Positions 49,540-61,124 of a stretch of DNA of 64,000 nt are shown here, one piece after another (the first letter of the stretch is position 1; each line of letters starts with the position of its first letter). The stretch is from an uncultured Desulfobacter sp. (GTDB lineage Bacteria > Desulfobacterota > Desulfobacteria > Desulfobacterales > Desulfobacteraceae): the NCBI GenBank assembly GCA_963665095.1, contig OY762069.1:3520001-3584000 (forward strand). Direction: 5' to 3'. The position numbers and the translations under genes were made by a program. Under the pieces are notes generated by a model. That model did not search any database. It was not told where the DNA came from and saw nothing but the letters and a program-made list of their open reading frames with translations.

Positions 49540-50406
49540 TTAAGACCAATGGTCATGAAGCGAATGGCTGTAAAACTGATTGTAGATGATGGTCAGCAAT
49601 AAGGCAAAAACAACCGAAGATAAACCAATGGCAACACTGTAATAAACGGATGCGGTCAAAGATAATCGGATTAGCAATGTGGCCAGCGCATAACCTGAAT
49701 TTCTGAACACCGCATGGAATTGAGGTAAAAAAATCTGTGCCAGAAAAACCATGAGGATGTCGGAAAAAATCAATACCGTATAAAAAGACTGGAAGAAGTT
49801 AAACCCGGTCATACCCTGGATTTTGAGCCAGAGGTCATATATCCCCATGGCGAAAAAAACCCAGAGCATGCAAAATGCCACTGTTTTTTTTGCCAGGATA
49901 AACTGGTTCAGATATGAACCGGGGGGCATTGTTTTATCCAGCCGGGTCAGCATCATTCGGTAGCAACCCAGAAGGCCGAAAATGGCCAGCGAACCGAAAC
50001 CATATGCGAAAATATGGTACACTACGTCGGCATGATGGGCCAGTGACACGGGTTCCGGTAAATCAGAAAGCTGTTTAAACGCATTTCTTAAAAAGATCAG
50101 TGCCAGGATTTCAAATTGCTTGCCTAAGGCCTTGGACATGGAGTCCGGCAGGGTAAATATCATGGTAATAATTTCCAGGAACAGCACAAGAAGAAATGCA
50201 ATATTAATAGCCATAAAATGGCTGTGGGATACATGCGCAGCCAGCATCCCGGGAAGCATGCCATGCCGGTTGAATTCAATCAGAACAAGACTGGCCAGAA
50301 AAATTATAACAAGGAGATAGGACACAGTTTTATGCGTGGTTTCGCTGTGCCAGAAAGCCTCTATTGTATCTAAAGCATGCGTACAAGCCGTGATCAGAGT
50401 TTTCAT
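49540..50406 (-). CDS. Conserved hypothetical membrane protein
   Basis: 288 aa, about 8 hydrophobic segments, KQFEILALIFLRNAFK, FRNSG. Confidence 0.7.
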   Translation of the reverse strand: MKTLITACTHALDTIEAFWHSETTHKTVSYLLVIIFLASLVLIEFNRHGMLPGMLAAHVSHSHFMAINIAFLLVLFLEIITMIFTLPDSMSKALGKQFEILALIFLRNAFKQLSDLPEPVSLAHHADVVYHIFAYGFGSLAIFGLLGCYRMMLTRLDKTMPPGSYLNQFILAKKTVAFCMLWVFFAMGIYDLWLKIQGMTGFNFFQSFYTVLIFSDILMVFLAQIFLPQFHAVFRNSGYALATLLIRLSLTASVYYSVAIGLSSVVFALLLTIIYNQFYSHSLHDHWS

Positions 50407-50871
50407 GGATACTCGGTTTTAATAATTGGCACCAAAAAAATGTATGGTACTGGCAGGCCATCATCTGCCAGAATTTTTATTGTTTTTTTAAATATCATAA
50501 CATATCACAATTTTAACGCATTTTATAAAGAAGAAGCAACGGGAGATGATGATGACAAAAAAAGAAAAATTTCAGATACCCGGATATCTCTTATTTGTAA
50601 TGATCATGGAAATGACATTTCAGAAAAATTGCAAAGATGATACGTTATTCAATACAATATAGGTAAATTATAATTTCAAATTGCTTGTTGTTCAAAAATG
50701 CTCTTCGAAAAGTTTCTCCGAATCTGTACTGTAATTCAGTGAGTACAAGCTCTATCTATCTTTTAGCCACAATATTGTATCCGTAATGCATCTCAGGCGG
50801 GATCAGGCGTAATAAATAAAGCCAGGTAACATTCTTTCACAAGTTTTCGGGTGAAGGAGGAGGCATCAAAG

Positions 50872-52002
50872 ATGATAGACAAGACAATAAACTCAAAAAT
50901 AGTGCTTATCGTGGATGACACCCCGGATAATTTGACAATACTTGGTGAACTGCTGATGCCCGATTATCAGGTCCGTGTTGCCAACTCAGGTCCGAAAGCG
51001 CTTGTCGCAGCCGCGACCACCCCACTTCCGGACCTTATCCTGCTTGACATCATGATGCCGGGAATGGACGGATATGAGGTAATTCGGCATCTGAAAAGCA
51101 ATCCTGACACAAGTGACATTCCCGTCATATTTATAACAGCCCTGGATACCTGCGAAGATGAGGCCAAGGGCCTTCAACTCGGTGCCAGTGACTATATATC
51201 CAAACCCATACGTGCCCCGATTTTACTTGCCCGGGTCAAGGGGCAGCTTGAAATCAAGGCGGCCCGGGACATACTGCGCAATCAGAACAGCTGGCTGGAA
51301 ACCGAAATAAGACGGAGAATCAATCAGTACCAGAAAGTCCAGGATATCAGCATGCGTGCATTGGCCTGCCTGGCTGAGGCCCGGGATAACGAAACGGGAA
51401 ATCATATTCTGCGAACACAAAATTATTTGCAGATTCTGGCCGAAGAACTGGCTGGCAATGACAAGTATACCGGTATTCTAACCGACCAGGTCATTGACGT
51501 CTATACAAAGGCAGCCCCGCTTCACGATATTGGGAAAGTGGGTATTCCGGATCATGTTCTGTATAAGCCGGCAAAACACACACAGCAGGAGTGGGAAATT
51601 ATGAAAACCCATGCCCAGATCGGTGCGGACGCCATCTGGAGAGCCATCGGGAATGAGGAGGACAAGGAGGCTGTCAATTTCCTCTATGTGGCCATGGACA
51701 TTGCCGGCAGCCACCATGAAAAATGGGACGGCAGTGGTTACCCCAGGGGATTGGATTCAACCCGGATTCCATTATCTGCAAGACTGATGGCGTTAGCGGA
51801 TGTGTTCGACGCCCTGGTCAGCCACAGGGTATATAAACCGGCATACCCCATGGATGTGACTGTAAAAATTATAAATGATGGCAGCGGAACTCACTTTGAC
51901 CCGGATATTGTTGCTGCTTTTAACCGGCGAGTGGAAGATTTTCAGGACATTGCCTCACTTTATATAGAACAACAGGACCCCGAAATGGCGTCAAGCAAGT
52001 AA
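50872..52002 (+). CDS. Response regulator with HD-GYP c-di-GMP phosphodiesterase domain (RpfG-like)
   Basis: IVDD, LDIMMPGMDG, ETGNH, LHDIGK, HHEKWDGSGYP, DVFDAL. Confidence 0.93.
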   Translation: MIDKTINSKIVLIVDDTPDNLTILGELLMPDYQVRVANSGPKALVAAATTPLPDLILLDIMMPGMDGYEVIRHLKSNPDTSDIPVIFITALDTCEDEAKGLQLGASDYISKPIRAPILLARVKGQLEIKAARDILRNQNSWLETEIRRRINQYQKVQDISMRALACLAEARDNETGNHILRTQNYLQILAEELAGNDKYTGILTDQVIDVYTKAAPLHDIGKVGIPDHVLYKPAKHTQQEWEIMKTHAQIGADAIWRAIGNEEDKEAVNFLYVAMDIAGSHHEKWDGSGYPRGLDSTRIPLSARLMALADVFDALVSHRVYKPAYPMDVTVKIINDGSGTHFDPDIVAAFNRRVEDFQDIASLYIEQQDPEMASSK

Positions 52003-52040
52003 AGGCCCCCTATTTATCATCTTATGAGGCTACCGATAAC

Positions 52041-55000
52041 ATGTTCAAATATATTTTAACGCTTACATTTTTGCTAATAATGCTGTTACTTGGGGCTGGC
52101 TATGGATTTTTCCAGTCAAAAGCAACCCAGATTGAAAACAGGACCTTTGCAGACCTTCAAGATGTCGTAAGAACCAAATCAGATGTTGTTGTCCACTGGA
52201 TTAAGCAAAGGAAAGGGGATGCAAGAATCTGGGGCGACTCAAAAATTGTCGCGGATGAAATTGACGCATTTCTCAGGCAGCCCGATAATCCACAGTTAAA
52301 AAACATCATGCAGTCACAACTGGATGTGATGCTCCGCGCCCATGGCTATAAATCTGCCATGATTGTATCTTTTGACAAAAAAATTGTGCTGGGGACCGAT
52401 ATCCAGTCCGGCATGGGCTATCCCGTATCAGAAGCATTTGAAAAGGCCATGGCATCCGGAAAAATTCAACACACGGATTTTTATATTCACCCCTCCCAGG
52501 ATGTGTATATGGACTGGGTTGTCCCTCTTATCCCTACCGCCTCTGAAAACAAAAAGCCCCTATCCGCACTGATATTACGAATAGATGAAAGTCAGGTCCT
52601 TCTTCCTTTCATAAAGTCTTCTCCGGGGCACTACAATAGCTTTGAAACTGTTTTACTGACATTTAATAAAGGAAATGCCATCTGTCTGACATTACCGTCC
52701 GATGCATCGTCTAACGTTATAAAAAGAGATCCATCCGATCCGAATTCACTCGCAGCCAAGCTTAAAAATGCCGTATCAGTATCCGGTACCGGAATAAGCA
52801 TGGATTTTAAAAAAAAAGAGGTATTATTCGCTTACAGGGCGATTGCGGGTACGCCCTGGCTGATGATTGCCAAAATTGACAGAAAGGAAATTCTTTTACC
52901 AGTGCTCAGGATCGTATGGGGCTGGGGTTTTGCCGTGTTTGCGGGGATTACCATTATCTATTTTGCCCTGTTTCAAAATTTGTATCAGCAGAAAAAAATC
53001 CGGCAAATGGAAATTGACCAGGCCAAAAGAATTGCAGACCAGCGGTTTGAATCTTTGAGCAATAATATACCCGGCGGGTTTGTCTTTCGCTTTACTTTAA
53101 CATCTAAGGGGGAAAGAGGATTTTCCTTCATCAGTCAGGGGGTGCAGAAACTGTTTAATTATTCACCTGAACAAATCATCACGGATCCTTCCCTTGTGCT
53201 CTCACGCTTGGAAAAGAACTCTGAGGCGCTTTTGCAAACGGTTCTGTCACACAGTGCTAAAAATCTGTCCACCGTCACTGAAGAATTCAGGTTTGATCTG
53301 GATAATGGCAGGATTCTGTGGATGCAGTTTAATGCCCACCCTGTCAGGGAACCGGATGGACTCATGGCCTGGGACGGTGCCGGAATCGACATCTCCGGGC
53401 ATAAAAAAGCGGAATACAATCTGCGGCAGAGTGAGGCGCGGTTTCGCAGGCTTTTCAGCGAATCCAGGTCTCCGGTATTTTTGATGGAGGATGAACAGTT
53501 TATTGATGCCAACCCGGCAGCTCTGGAGCTTTTAGGGTATGAGTCCCTTGAAGAACTGCGCGGCATAAAACCGGAAGAGATATCACCCAAATATCAACCG
53601 GACAGAAAACTATCCAACGAAAAAGTAAAAGAGGTTTATGAAAAGGCCTTTTCCCGTGGAAGTCACCGGTTTGAGTGGGAGCATCTTAAAAAAGACGGTT
53701 CTCATTTCTTTGCCGAAGTGACGCTGACCCCAATTCGTTTTAAATACAGGACATTGATTCATGTTTCCTGGACAGATATCACGGAGCGAAAGCAGATGGA
53801 AAGCCGCTTAAAGGAGTTTGAAGCCATTGTCAATTCATCAGATGATGCCATCATCTCCAAAACCATATACGGTACGGTCCTTAGTTGGAACCAAGGCGCG
53901 GAAAAGGTCTTCGGGTATAAGGCGGATGACATCATCGGGCGGTCCATCAAACAGCTCTTTCCCCACGATCTATGGGAGCAGGAGCAGGAAATTTTTGAAA
54001 AAATAAAACAGGGAATCAACATTGAACACTTTGAAACCCGCCGGCTGCGCAAAGATGGCGCCATTATTGATGTATCTGTTACCATTTCCCCAATATATGA
54101 TAAAGACGGGACTGTCTGGGCAGCTTCAAAAATTGCCAGGGATATTACAGAAAAAAAGCAGATTGCCGCATCTCTGGAAGAACAGCGGCTGCAGCTTAAA
54201 ACCCTTGTGGAAGCCATTCCGGATCTTGTCTGGCTTAAAGACATTGACGGTGTGTTTCTTTTCTGCAATCGGCGCTTTGAAGCGCTGTTTGGGGCAAAAG
54301 CCGGGGATATTGTGGGGAAGACCGATTATGATTTTCTTGACAAAAAACTTGCGGATGCGTTTCGACAAAGAGACATGGAGGCGATGCAGGCAGGGCAGGC
54401 CACCATGAACGAAGAGTGGGTCACCTTTGCCAATGACGGGCACCAGGAACTGCTTGAAACCATCAAAACCCCCTTGAAAAATGAGAAGAATGATACCATC
54501 GGTGTTTTAGGAATTGCCCACGACATTACGGCCAGAACCCGGAATGAAGAGTACTTGCGTAAATTTTCCCTGGCTGTGGAGCAAAGCGCCAATGCCGTTG
54601 TGATCACTGGCCGGGACAGCACGATCGAATACGTTAATCAGCGGTTCACTGAGATGACCGGCTATTCCAGAGATGAAGTGATTGGAAAAAACCCGCGCAT
54701 CCTCAATTCAGGGGAAACGCCCAAGGAAACCTATGTCCAGTTGTGGGCGGCCCTGGTGAAAGGAGAATCATGGAGCGGCGAGTTTACCAACGTACGTAAA
54801 AATGGTCAAAAATACTTTGAATTCGCAGTCATTACCCCCCTGCGTGACAAGGATGGTACGGTAACCCATTTTGTGGCGGTTAAACAGGACGTCACCGAGA
54901 AGAAACAGATCGAACAGGAGCTGAGCAACCATCGCCAGCGTCTTGAAGAGCTGGTAAATTCAAGAACAATGGAGCTTGAGGCTGCCAAATTGCAGGCTGA

Positions 55001-56804
55001 ATCCGCCAACCAGGCAAAGAGTACGTTTCTTGCCAACATGAGCCATGAAATCAGGACCCCGATGAATGCCATCATCGGTTTTGCCCATCTGATAGGCAGG
55101 CATATCAAGGATGAGGATGCCCAGGAAATGATTTTTAAGATCATCCGCTCCGGTAAACATCTGCTGGGTATTATTAATGATATACTTGATCTGTCAAAAA
55201 TTGAACAGGAGGCTTTGATATTGGAAAAGACTGCTTTTTTAACGTCCGCCATTATCGACAATGTCTGCAGCATGATACAGGACCGGATTTCCCATAAAGG
55301 ACTTCAGTTGGTCGTCAACACTGATCCAGAGCTGGATGCGATGCCCGTGGTCGGAGATCCTTTGCGCCTTCGGCAGATACTGGTCAACTATCTTGGCAAT
55401 GCCGTAAAGTTTACCGAGCAGGGCCGGATAACTTTAAATGTGATGGTCTCCCAACAGCGCGGCCATGACGTACTGTTGCGCTTTGAGGTTCAGGATACCG
55501 GTATCGGTATCAGTGAGGAACAAAAAAATACGGTGTTTGACTCATTTGTACAGGCAGATGCCCTGATCACCCGAAAATATGGTGGTACCGGGCTGGGACT
55601 GGCCATTTCACGGCAATTGGCGAGATTGATGGGCGGAGATGCCGGCGTTGAAAGTGAACTTGGAAAGGGCAGCACGTTCTGGTTTACCGCTGTATTGGAA
55701 ATCGGTGATCCCAAAGACCTTAAGGCAGATATTGGTGAATCCCTGGCACAATTACGCAAAAATGCCCGTATCCTTCTGGTGGAGGACAATGAGATCAACC
55801 AGGAGGTGGCCAAAGATATCCTGGAACAGCTTGGGTTGTCTGTGGATACGGCATTTAACGGACGTGTGGCCGTAAGAAAAGTGGATGCGAACCAGTACGA
55901 TCTTATTCTGATGGACATGCAGATGCCGGTCATGGACGGCCTGGAAGCCTCCCGGAAAATCAGAGATATGAAGAACGGGGCACATGTTCCCATTGTGGCA
56001 TTAACGGCCAATGCATTTGAGGAGGACCGCAGACGCTGTCTGAAAGCCGGTATGAATGGCTTTGTGGCAAAGCCCTTTGAGCCGGAGCAGTTGCATGCGG
56101 TTCTGTCCCGCTGGATCCCCGACAGTGATGGAATGCAGGATCATATTTACGGGGTTGATACGCTTGAACAATCAGGCGCGGAAGAGAAAAAGGGGGACCG
56201 CAGCCATATTGATCCCACAACCGGATTGAAATATGTCAAAAAAACAGAAACCTATCAAAAAATGCTGGACAAATTCCTTGAGCAGCAGGCGGATCTCCCG
56301 GCGCGAATTAATAGGGCACACCAGGGAAAGGACATGGATTCGGTGCGGCTTATGGTTCATTCTCTGAAAGGGACAGCAGGAACGCTTGGCATGCATGATT
56401 TACAGGCCAAGGCAGCATCCTGTGAAATCCTTCTGCGCAAGGGCGCGGAAGAAAGGAAACTCAAGGAGGGCCTTGTTGCTTTAACCGGGGAATTAACAGC
56501 AGTTTGCGAGGAGATCCGGAGAACGAACCATCGCCCAGATGTTAACCGCCCCGCCACGGAACCCGATGCCGTGGATCTTACCGAGCTCAAATCAATGGTG
56601 GGTCAACTGGTTGACTTCTTAAATCAAAACGATATGATGGCCTATAAGGTATGGGAAAAAGCATACCCTGCTATGATGACCATCATCAACAGGGAAGATG
56701 CAGCACTGTTAAAGCATCAGATTGAAAATTTTGATTTCTCCGATGCCGTGTTAACGCTGAATGACATTATATCGCGTCATCCGGAACAGCTCATGAATGC
56801 TTAA
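52041..56804 (+). CDS. Membrane multi-PAS hybrid histidine kinase with REC and HPt
   Basis: TM-Cache-like-TM, about five PAS/PAC repeats, [36 protein letters not shown]. Confidence 0.93.
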   Translation: MFKYILTLTFLLIMLLLGAGYGFFQSKATQIENRTFADLQDVVRTKSDVVVHWIKQRKGDARIWGDSKIVADEIDAFLRQPDNPQLKNIMQSQLDVMLRAHGYKSAMIVSFDKKIVLGTDIQSGMGYPVSEAFEKAMASGKIQHTDFYIHPSQDVYMDWVVPLIPTASENKKPLSALILRIDESQVLLPFIKSSPGHYNSFETVLLTFNKGNAICLTLPSDASSNVIKRDPSDPNSLAAKLKNAVSVSGTGISMDFKKKEVLFAYRAIAGTPWLMIAKIDRKEILLPVLRIVWGWGFAVFAGITIIYFALFQNLYQQKKIRQMEIDQAKRIADQRFESLSNNIPGGFVFRFTLTSKGERGFSFISQGVQKLFNYSPEQIITDPSLVLSRLEKNSEALLQTVLSHSAKNLSTVTEEFRFDLDNGRILWMQFNAHPVREPDGLMAWDGAGIDISGHKKAEYNLRQSEARFRRLFSESRSPVFLMEDEQFIDANPAALELLGYESLEELRGIKPEEISPKYQPDRKLSNEKVKEVYEKAFSRGSHRFEWEHLKKDGSHFFAEVTLTPIRFKYRTLIHVSWTDITERKQMESRLKEFEAIVNSSDDAIISKTIYGTVLSWNQGAEKVFGYKADDIIGRSIKQLFPHDLWEQEQEIFEKIKQGINIEHFETRRLRKDGAIIDVSVTISPIYDKDGTVWAASKIARDITEKKQIAASLEEQRLQLKTLVEAIPDLVWLKDIDGVFLFCNRRFEALFGAKAGDIVGKTDYDFLDKKLADAFRQRDMEAMQAGQATMNEEWVTFANDGHQELLETIKTPLKNEKNDTIGVLGIAHDITARTRNEEYLRKFSLAVEQSANAVVITGRDSTIEYVNQRFTEMTGYSRDEVIGKNPRILNSGETPKETYVQLWAALVKGESWSGEFTNVRKNGQKYFEFAVITPLRDKDGTVTHFVAVKQDVTEKKQIEQELSNHRQRLEELVNSRTMELEAAKLQAESANQAKSTFLANMSHEIRTPMNAIIGFAHLIGRHIKDEDAQEMIFKIIRSGKHLLGIINDILDLSKIEQEALILEKTAFLTSAIIDNVCSMIQDRISHKGLQLVVNTDPELDAMPVVGDPLRLRQILVNYLGNAVKFTEQGRITLNVMVSQQRGHDVLLRFEVQDTGIGISEEQKNTVFDSFVQADALITRKYGGTGLGLAISRQLARLMGGDAGVESELGKGSTFWFTAVLEIGDPKDLKADIGESLAQLRKNARILLVEDNEINQEVAKDILEQLGLSVDTAFNGRVAVRKVDANQYDLILMDMQMPVMDGLEASRKIRDMKNGAHVPIVALTANAFEEDRRRCLKAGMNGFVAKPFEPEQLHAVLSRWIPDSDGMQDHIYGVDTLEQSGAEEKKGDRSHIDPTTGLKYVKKTETYQKMLDKFLEQQADLPARINRAHQGKDMDSVRLMVHSLKGTAGTLGMHDLQAKAASCEILLRKGAEERKLKEGLVALTGELTAVCEEIRRTNHRPDVNRPATEPDAVDLTELKSMVGQLVDFLNQNDMMAYKVWEKAYPAMMTIINREDAALLKHQIENFDFSDAVLTLNDIISRHPEQLMNA

Positions 56805-56892
56805 AAAATAACTGCGTGATGGTGCGCACAACCTCCTTCACCCTTTTGACCCAGTGCTGATATGATAAAATCAATTAAAAACCGGTGACATC

Positions 56893-57721
56893 ATGACCTC
56901 CTTTCAAAAGAAACCATTGGATTTCCCTTTTTTTTGGGAAAGGCGTCCGGTGCACAGTTAATATATCGGGCATCACGTTTGGCCTGATCCTGGTTTTCCT
57001 GTGGGCAGCCCCCCCTTTGACAGCTGAAAATTATCTGTTCGTGGGCAGTAATTTCCCCGTTCTCTCAGAAAAACTGCCGGACAATACCCTTGGCGGCGTC
57101 AGCATTGACATTGCCCGTATCATCTGCAGTCGCCTTGGCCATACCCCGACGTTTGAGCTGTATCCCTGGGCCCGTGCCCAGGCACTGGTAAAAGTCGGTA
57201 AAGCCGACGTACTCCTTGTTCCTTTTAAAACCCTGGAAAGAGAAAAGTGGATGGATTACTCGGAAATTCCATTTTTTCAGGATGAATCCTTCTTTTTTAT
57301 CAGGCATGGCAGTGACATCACCTGGGATGGCACTCTTGCCTCCATTGGTAATCTGCATATTGGGAAAGTCCGTGGATGGAGTCTGGGCAAAAAGTTTGAG
57401 GAAAAAATATCTGACATGACCATTGATTATGCCCCAAACATTGATCTTTGTTTTTTTAAGCTGATTGCGGGCCGGGTTGATCTTGTTCCCACCCAGAAAA
57501 GGGAAGCTTATAAGGCCTTTCAGCGTCTTGGCCTTCAAAGGGAAGAGTATCCCGTGGAGATCCTTCCGGCGCTTTCAGTTAACTATTGTTACTATGGATT
57601 CTCCCAAAAGAGACAAGCGGAACTCAAACCGTTCAAATCTGCATTTGATAAGGCGCTTAAACAGATGAAAGCAACCGGCGAAATAGACCAGATTATAAAG
57701 ACATATATCCAGTCCAATTGA
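56893..57721 (+). pseudogene. Family-3 periplasmic solute-binding protein, frameshifted in the leader (T8 tract)
   Basis: Body FP..GVSIDI..YPWARA..G.AD..ER..GRVD is intact from 57017; the signal-peptide-like stretch upstream has no in-frame ATG; ATG 56893 joins it if one T is removed from 56928-56935. Confidence 0.6.
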
Positions 57722-57747
57722 AGCGGTGAAAGGGGGGGCAAGAACCT

Positions 57748-58875
57748 ATGGCAGATCAAACCAGACAATCCTCTGCCTTAAAAGGCACGACCAGACAACG
57801 GCCTCTTTCAGGCACCCTGATGCTGCTCTTGACGGTGATCATTGTTACGCTGGTCATTGCCGGTATCCTGTATTTTGCCATATCAAAACATGAATACCGG
57901 CAACTGGAGGAAAAAGCCGATGACTTTATCTCCTCCATTGATGATGTTCTTGAAATTCCGCTATGGAATATGGATCATGGAAATATAAAAAAAATTGCCC
58001 AGTCCTATGCCAATGATGAGTTGTTTGAATTTCTTGCCATCCGGGATAACCTGGACACGTTGTTTTTCGAGCATTCCCGGAACCGCGGCGCACCTGTTAT
58101 CCGAAAATCAGATGACATATTTCATGACGGCCGGCTGATTGATGTCAATCCTGCCATGGCGCAAATGCTTGGCTATAAATCCCTGCAAGCGCTGACACAG
58201 TCCATCTCAAATATCGGAGAGCAGCTCTATGTGAATTCTGAACGCAGAGAGGAATTCCTTCAGCAAATACAAACACAGAAAGCCGTGACCAATTTTGATG
58301 CCGAACTTCGAACTGCGGACGGGAAAACCACCTGGCTGGCATTGTACTCCAGGCCTGTCTGGGATAATAGCGGCAAGCTTGTGCACATTGAAGGCATGGC
58401 CCTGGATATCTCCCAGCAGAAAAAAGCCGAGGAGGAGCGAAAAAAACTGGAAGCGCAACTGATTCAGTCTTAGAAATTTGAGTCCGTTGACAGGGCGTGT
58501 CGCTTACAGGCAATGAAACCATTCTCTTTGTAGAGGATGAGACCCCACTGCGTCATCTGGGCCGTGAAACCCTTGAACAGATGGGGTACACGGTACTGGC
58601 CACGGATTCGCCCAGTGAGGCCCTGCGCACTGCAGCAGCCCATCCAGGGGAAATCCAGCTGCTTATGACAGATGTCATTATGCCTGAAATGAACGGCCAG
58701 GAGCTTGCCTCCAGGCTGGTTAAAGAATATCCCGGCATCCGGTGCCTCTTTGTGTCAGGGTATACAACAGATGTATTTTTCTCCTGAGAGCCTACTGGAG
58801 CAGGGCGTTCATTTTCTTCAAAAGCCGTTTACAAAAACTGATCTGGAAAAGGTGCTTCGAAAAATTTTGTTCTGA
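57748..58875 (+). pseudogene. Decayed hybrid sensor histidine kinase
   Basis: TM and partial periplasmic domain fused directly to PAS; QS*KFESV (nonsense codon in the QSQKxES motif); HisKA/HATPase absent; receiver ETILFVEDE..TDVIMP frameshifted before HFLQKPF. Confidence 0.85.
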
Positions 58876-58999
58876 TCCTTCTATTTTTTTTAGAAGGATT
58901 TAGAGCATATCCAGGCAGAAACTTTGTTGCAATACTGACGTCACCCTCATGATCTGCCTGGACATGATAATCAAGCGTATCACCGGATTAAACAGCGGA

Positions 59000-60940
59000 C
59001 TATACGCGAAACATATTAATGACTCCTTTTATTTTATGGGAAATTTCCATTACCGTTTTGGCACTGCTGTCAATGACCCCGGTTTCCGTATCCATTTCTG
59101 AAGCAACTGTGTTCAGTTCGGATATATTTTCGGTTATCTGCCTTGAGTTTTCTGTATATTCCAAAATGTCTTCCCTGACTGTCTCTGCGCTGGTTTTGGT
59201 CTCTTTAATAATTGAGGATATGGCGTTGGTTGCTTCCATCTGTTTTTCGACCACAGTTTCAATATTTTTTACGTTTTCGTTTACATCCTTGATCACCCGT
59301 TCAATATCCTTGATCTGCAATATGGTGGAATCATTGGACTGCTTGATGCCGTCCACACTCGCTTGTATTTCAAGCGTGGCGGAAGCTGTCTGGCCGGCAA
59401 GGTCTTTAATCTCATTGGCAACAACGGCAAACCCTTTTCCGGCCTCTCCCGCCCGAGCCGCTTCAATGGTTGCATTAAGGGCCAAAAGGTTTGTCTGATC
59501 TGAAATATCATTAATTGTATCTGTAATTTTTATAATTTGGCTCACTGCATTTTCCAGTTCTTTTACCATTTGTGATGTTTTCATTGATTTCTCAACGGCA
59601 TCGTTACTGATGGTGCTGGTTGTTCTGGTATTCTGTCCGATCTCAGAAATCGTGTTGATCAGTAAATCCACAGAATCGCTCATGGTCTCCATTTCGTTCA
59701 CCGTCTGATCAACAGCTGTTGCGGCTGAACTTACATTGGACTTCATTTTCTGTGTTGCGCTGTCAATTCCATGGGAAACTGTTCTAGATTTTTCCGACAT
59801 AGAGGTTGAAATGGCACTAAGACTGGTGGACGAATCGTCCAATGTCACCACATCGTTGTGAAGGTCGCTCATAAGACTTTGAATCGTTTCCAAAAATTCA
59901 TTAATTATGGCGCCCAGCTCTGATATTTCGTTTTTCTTTCGGGTCTCAATTCGCTGGGTAAGATCTCCTTGTTCCACCTGTTTGAATACACCGGAGATGT
60001 GTTTGATGGGTCTGCCAACAAGCAGTGTGATGAAAAAGTATGAAAAACCGCACCCCAATGCCATGGCACCGATGCCCATGAAGACAAAAAACAGGGTCAG
60101 CTTGTTCACCGAAGCCACCATGTGGCTCAAATTTTGGGGTACAACAATGACGCCCTCGGCTTTCCCGCTGAAATCATTGAGCGGACTGACCAGAAAGAGC
60201 CAATGTTTTCCATCAATGGTAATATCCTTATAAACAAAATCATTCTTTGAAACCACCTGATCAAAGACCTGTGTTAACTGGTCAACAGGAATGGTTACCC
60301 CGCCGGTTGATGCCTGCATTTTATATCCATCATTATTTTTGGCAAAAATGAATGCATCAAACTGATATTTTGCTTTAAGGGATTCAAGAAGCGTATTATT
60401 CAACCCCACACCAAATTCTACTGAGCCAAGATGCCGGCCCTGGTAAAACATGGGGGCCAGTCCCCGGATGCCAAATCCATAAGGGCCTTTATCAAGACCG
60501 ACCACAGGTTTTTGTGTCCTGTTTACTTCGACAATGGTGGGCCTTGCCCGGGACAGGTCATCGCCGAATTTGGATGGCTTATGGACCCTGTAAAAGGAGG
60601 TGGCCGGTGGCAGATGGAACTGAAATTTATCGACATTTACCTGTTTCTTAATAGATTCGTATAACGGCAGGCAAAAATTTTCAATTCCCACCCGATCCTT
60701 TTCCGCCATCATTTTCTGTATTTCCGGCAGGTGGGCGATGAGTTCGGAAAGCGCATACGCCCGGTTAGAAGAGGTTTCCAACAGCTCGATGACCTGAAAC
60801 AGTTTAAGCCTCAAGTCTGTTTGCGCAGAATCATTTAAAGTCGTCATCCTGTCATGGTACCCAACCCAGAGCACAGGGACGATAATCAATAATAAGATCG
60901 TAGTGCTGAATAACATGAGCTTTGATTTAATCGATTTCAT
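59000..60940 (-). CDS. Methyl-accepting chemotaxis protein with dCache_3-type sensor
   Basis: [55 protein letters not shown]. Confidence 0.93.
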   Translation of the reverse strand: MKSIKSKLMLFSTTILLLIIVPVLWVGYHDRMTTLNDSAQTDLRLKLFQVIELLETSSNRAYALSELIAHLPEIQKMMAEKDRVGIENFCLPLYESIKKQVNVDKFQFHLPPATSFYRVHKPSKFGDDLSRARPTIVEVNRTQKPVVGLDKGPYGFGIRGLAPMFYQGRHLGSVEFGVGLNNTLLESLKAKYQFDAFIFAKNNDGYKMQASTGGVTIPVDQLTQVFDQVVSKNDFVYKDITIDGKHWLFLVSPLNDFSGKAEGVIVVPQNLSHMVASVNKLTLFFVFMGIGAMALGCGFSYFFITLLVGRPIKHISGVFKQVEQGDLTQRIETRKKNEISELGAIINEFLETIQSLMSDLHNDVVTLDDSSTSLSAISTSMSEKSRTVSHGIDSATQKMKSNVSSAATAVDQTVNEMETMSDSVDLLINTISEIGQNTRTTSTISNDAVEKSMKTSQMVKELENAVSQIIKITDTINDISDQTNLLALNATIEAARAGEAGKGFAVVANEIKDLAGQTASATLEIQASVDGIKQSNDSTILQIKDIERVIKDVNENVKNIETVVEKQMEATNAISSIIKETKTSAETVREDILEYTENSRQITENISELNTVASEMDTETGVIDSSAKTVMEISHKIKGVINMFRV

Positions 60941-61050
60941 ACTCCCTCTCTTATAAAATACAAAATAAAAGCGATCGCCCTTCGTTCGGAGACAGCACTA
61001 CAGATAAGAATTATAATCAATAATTTAGTGGGGATTTCGGGCTATTTTTT

Positions 61051-61079
61051 AAAATAGTCAGCGCCTGTAAGGTTGTCAA
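61051..61079 (-). promoter_or_regulatory. Putative sigma70 promoter for the MCP
   Basis: Minus strand TTGACA-N17-TATTTT. Confidence 0.45.
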
Positions 61080-61124
61080 CAATACAGAACCGTTCTGACT
61101 GGTAAATTTTAAACAGGCGCTGAA

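Noticed and set aside
50377..50640. 87-aa ORF in the AT-rich divergent promoter region
   Set aside because: No RBS or motifs; it overlaps the start of the opposite gene and is probably spurious.
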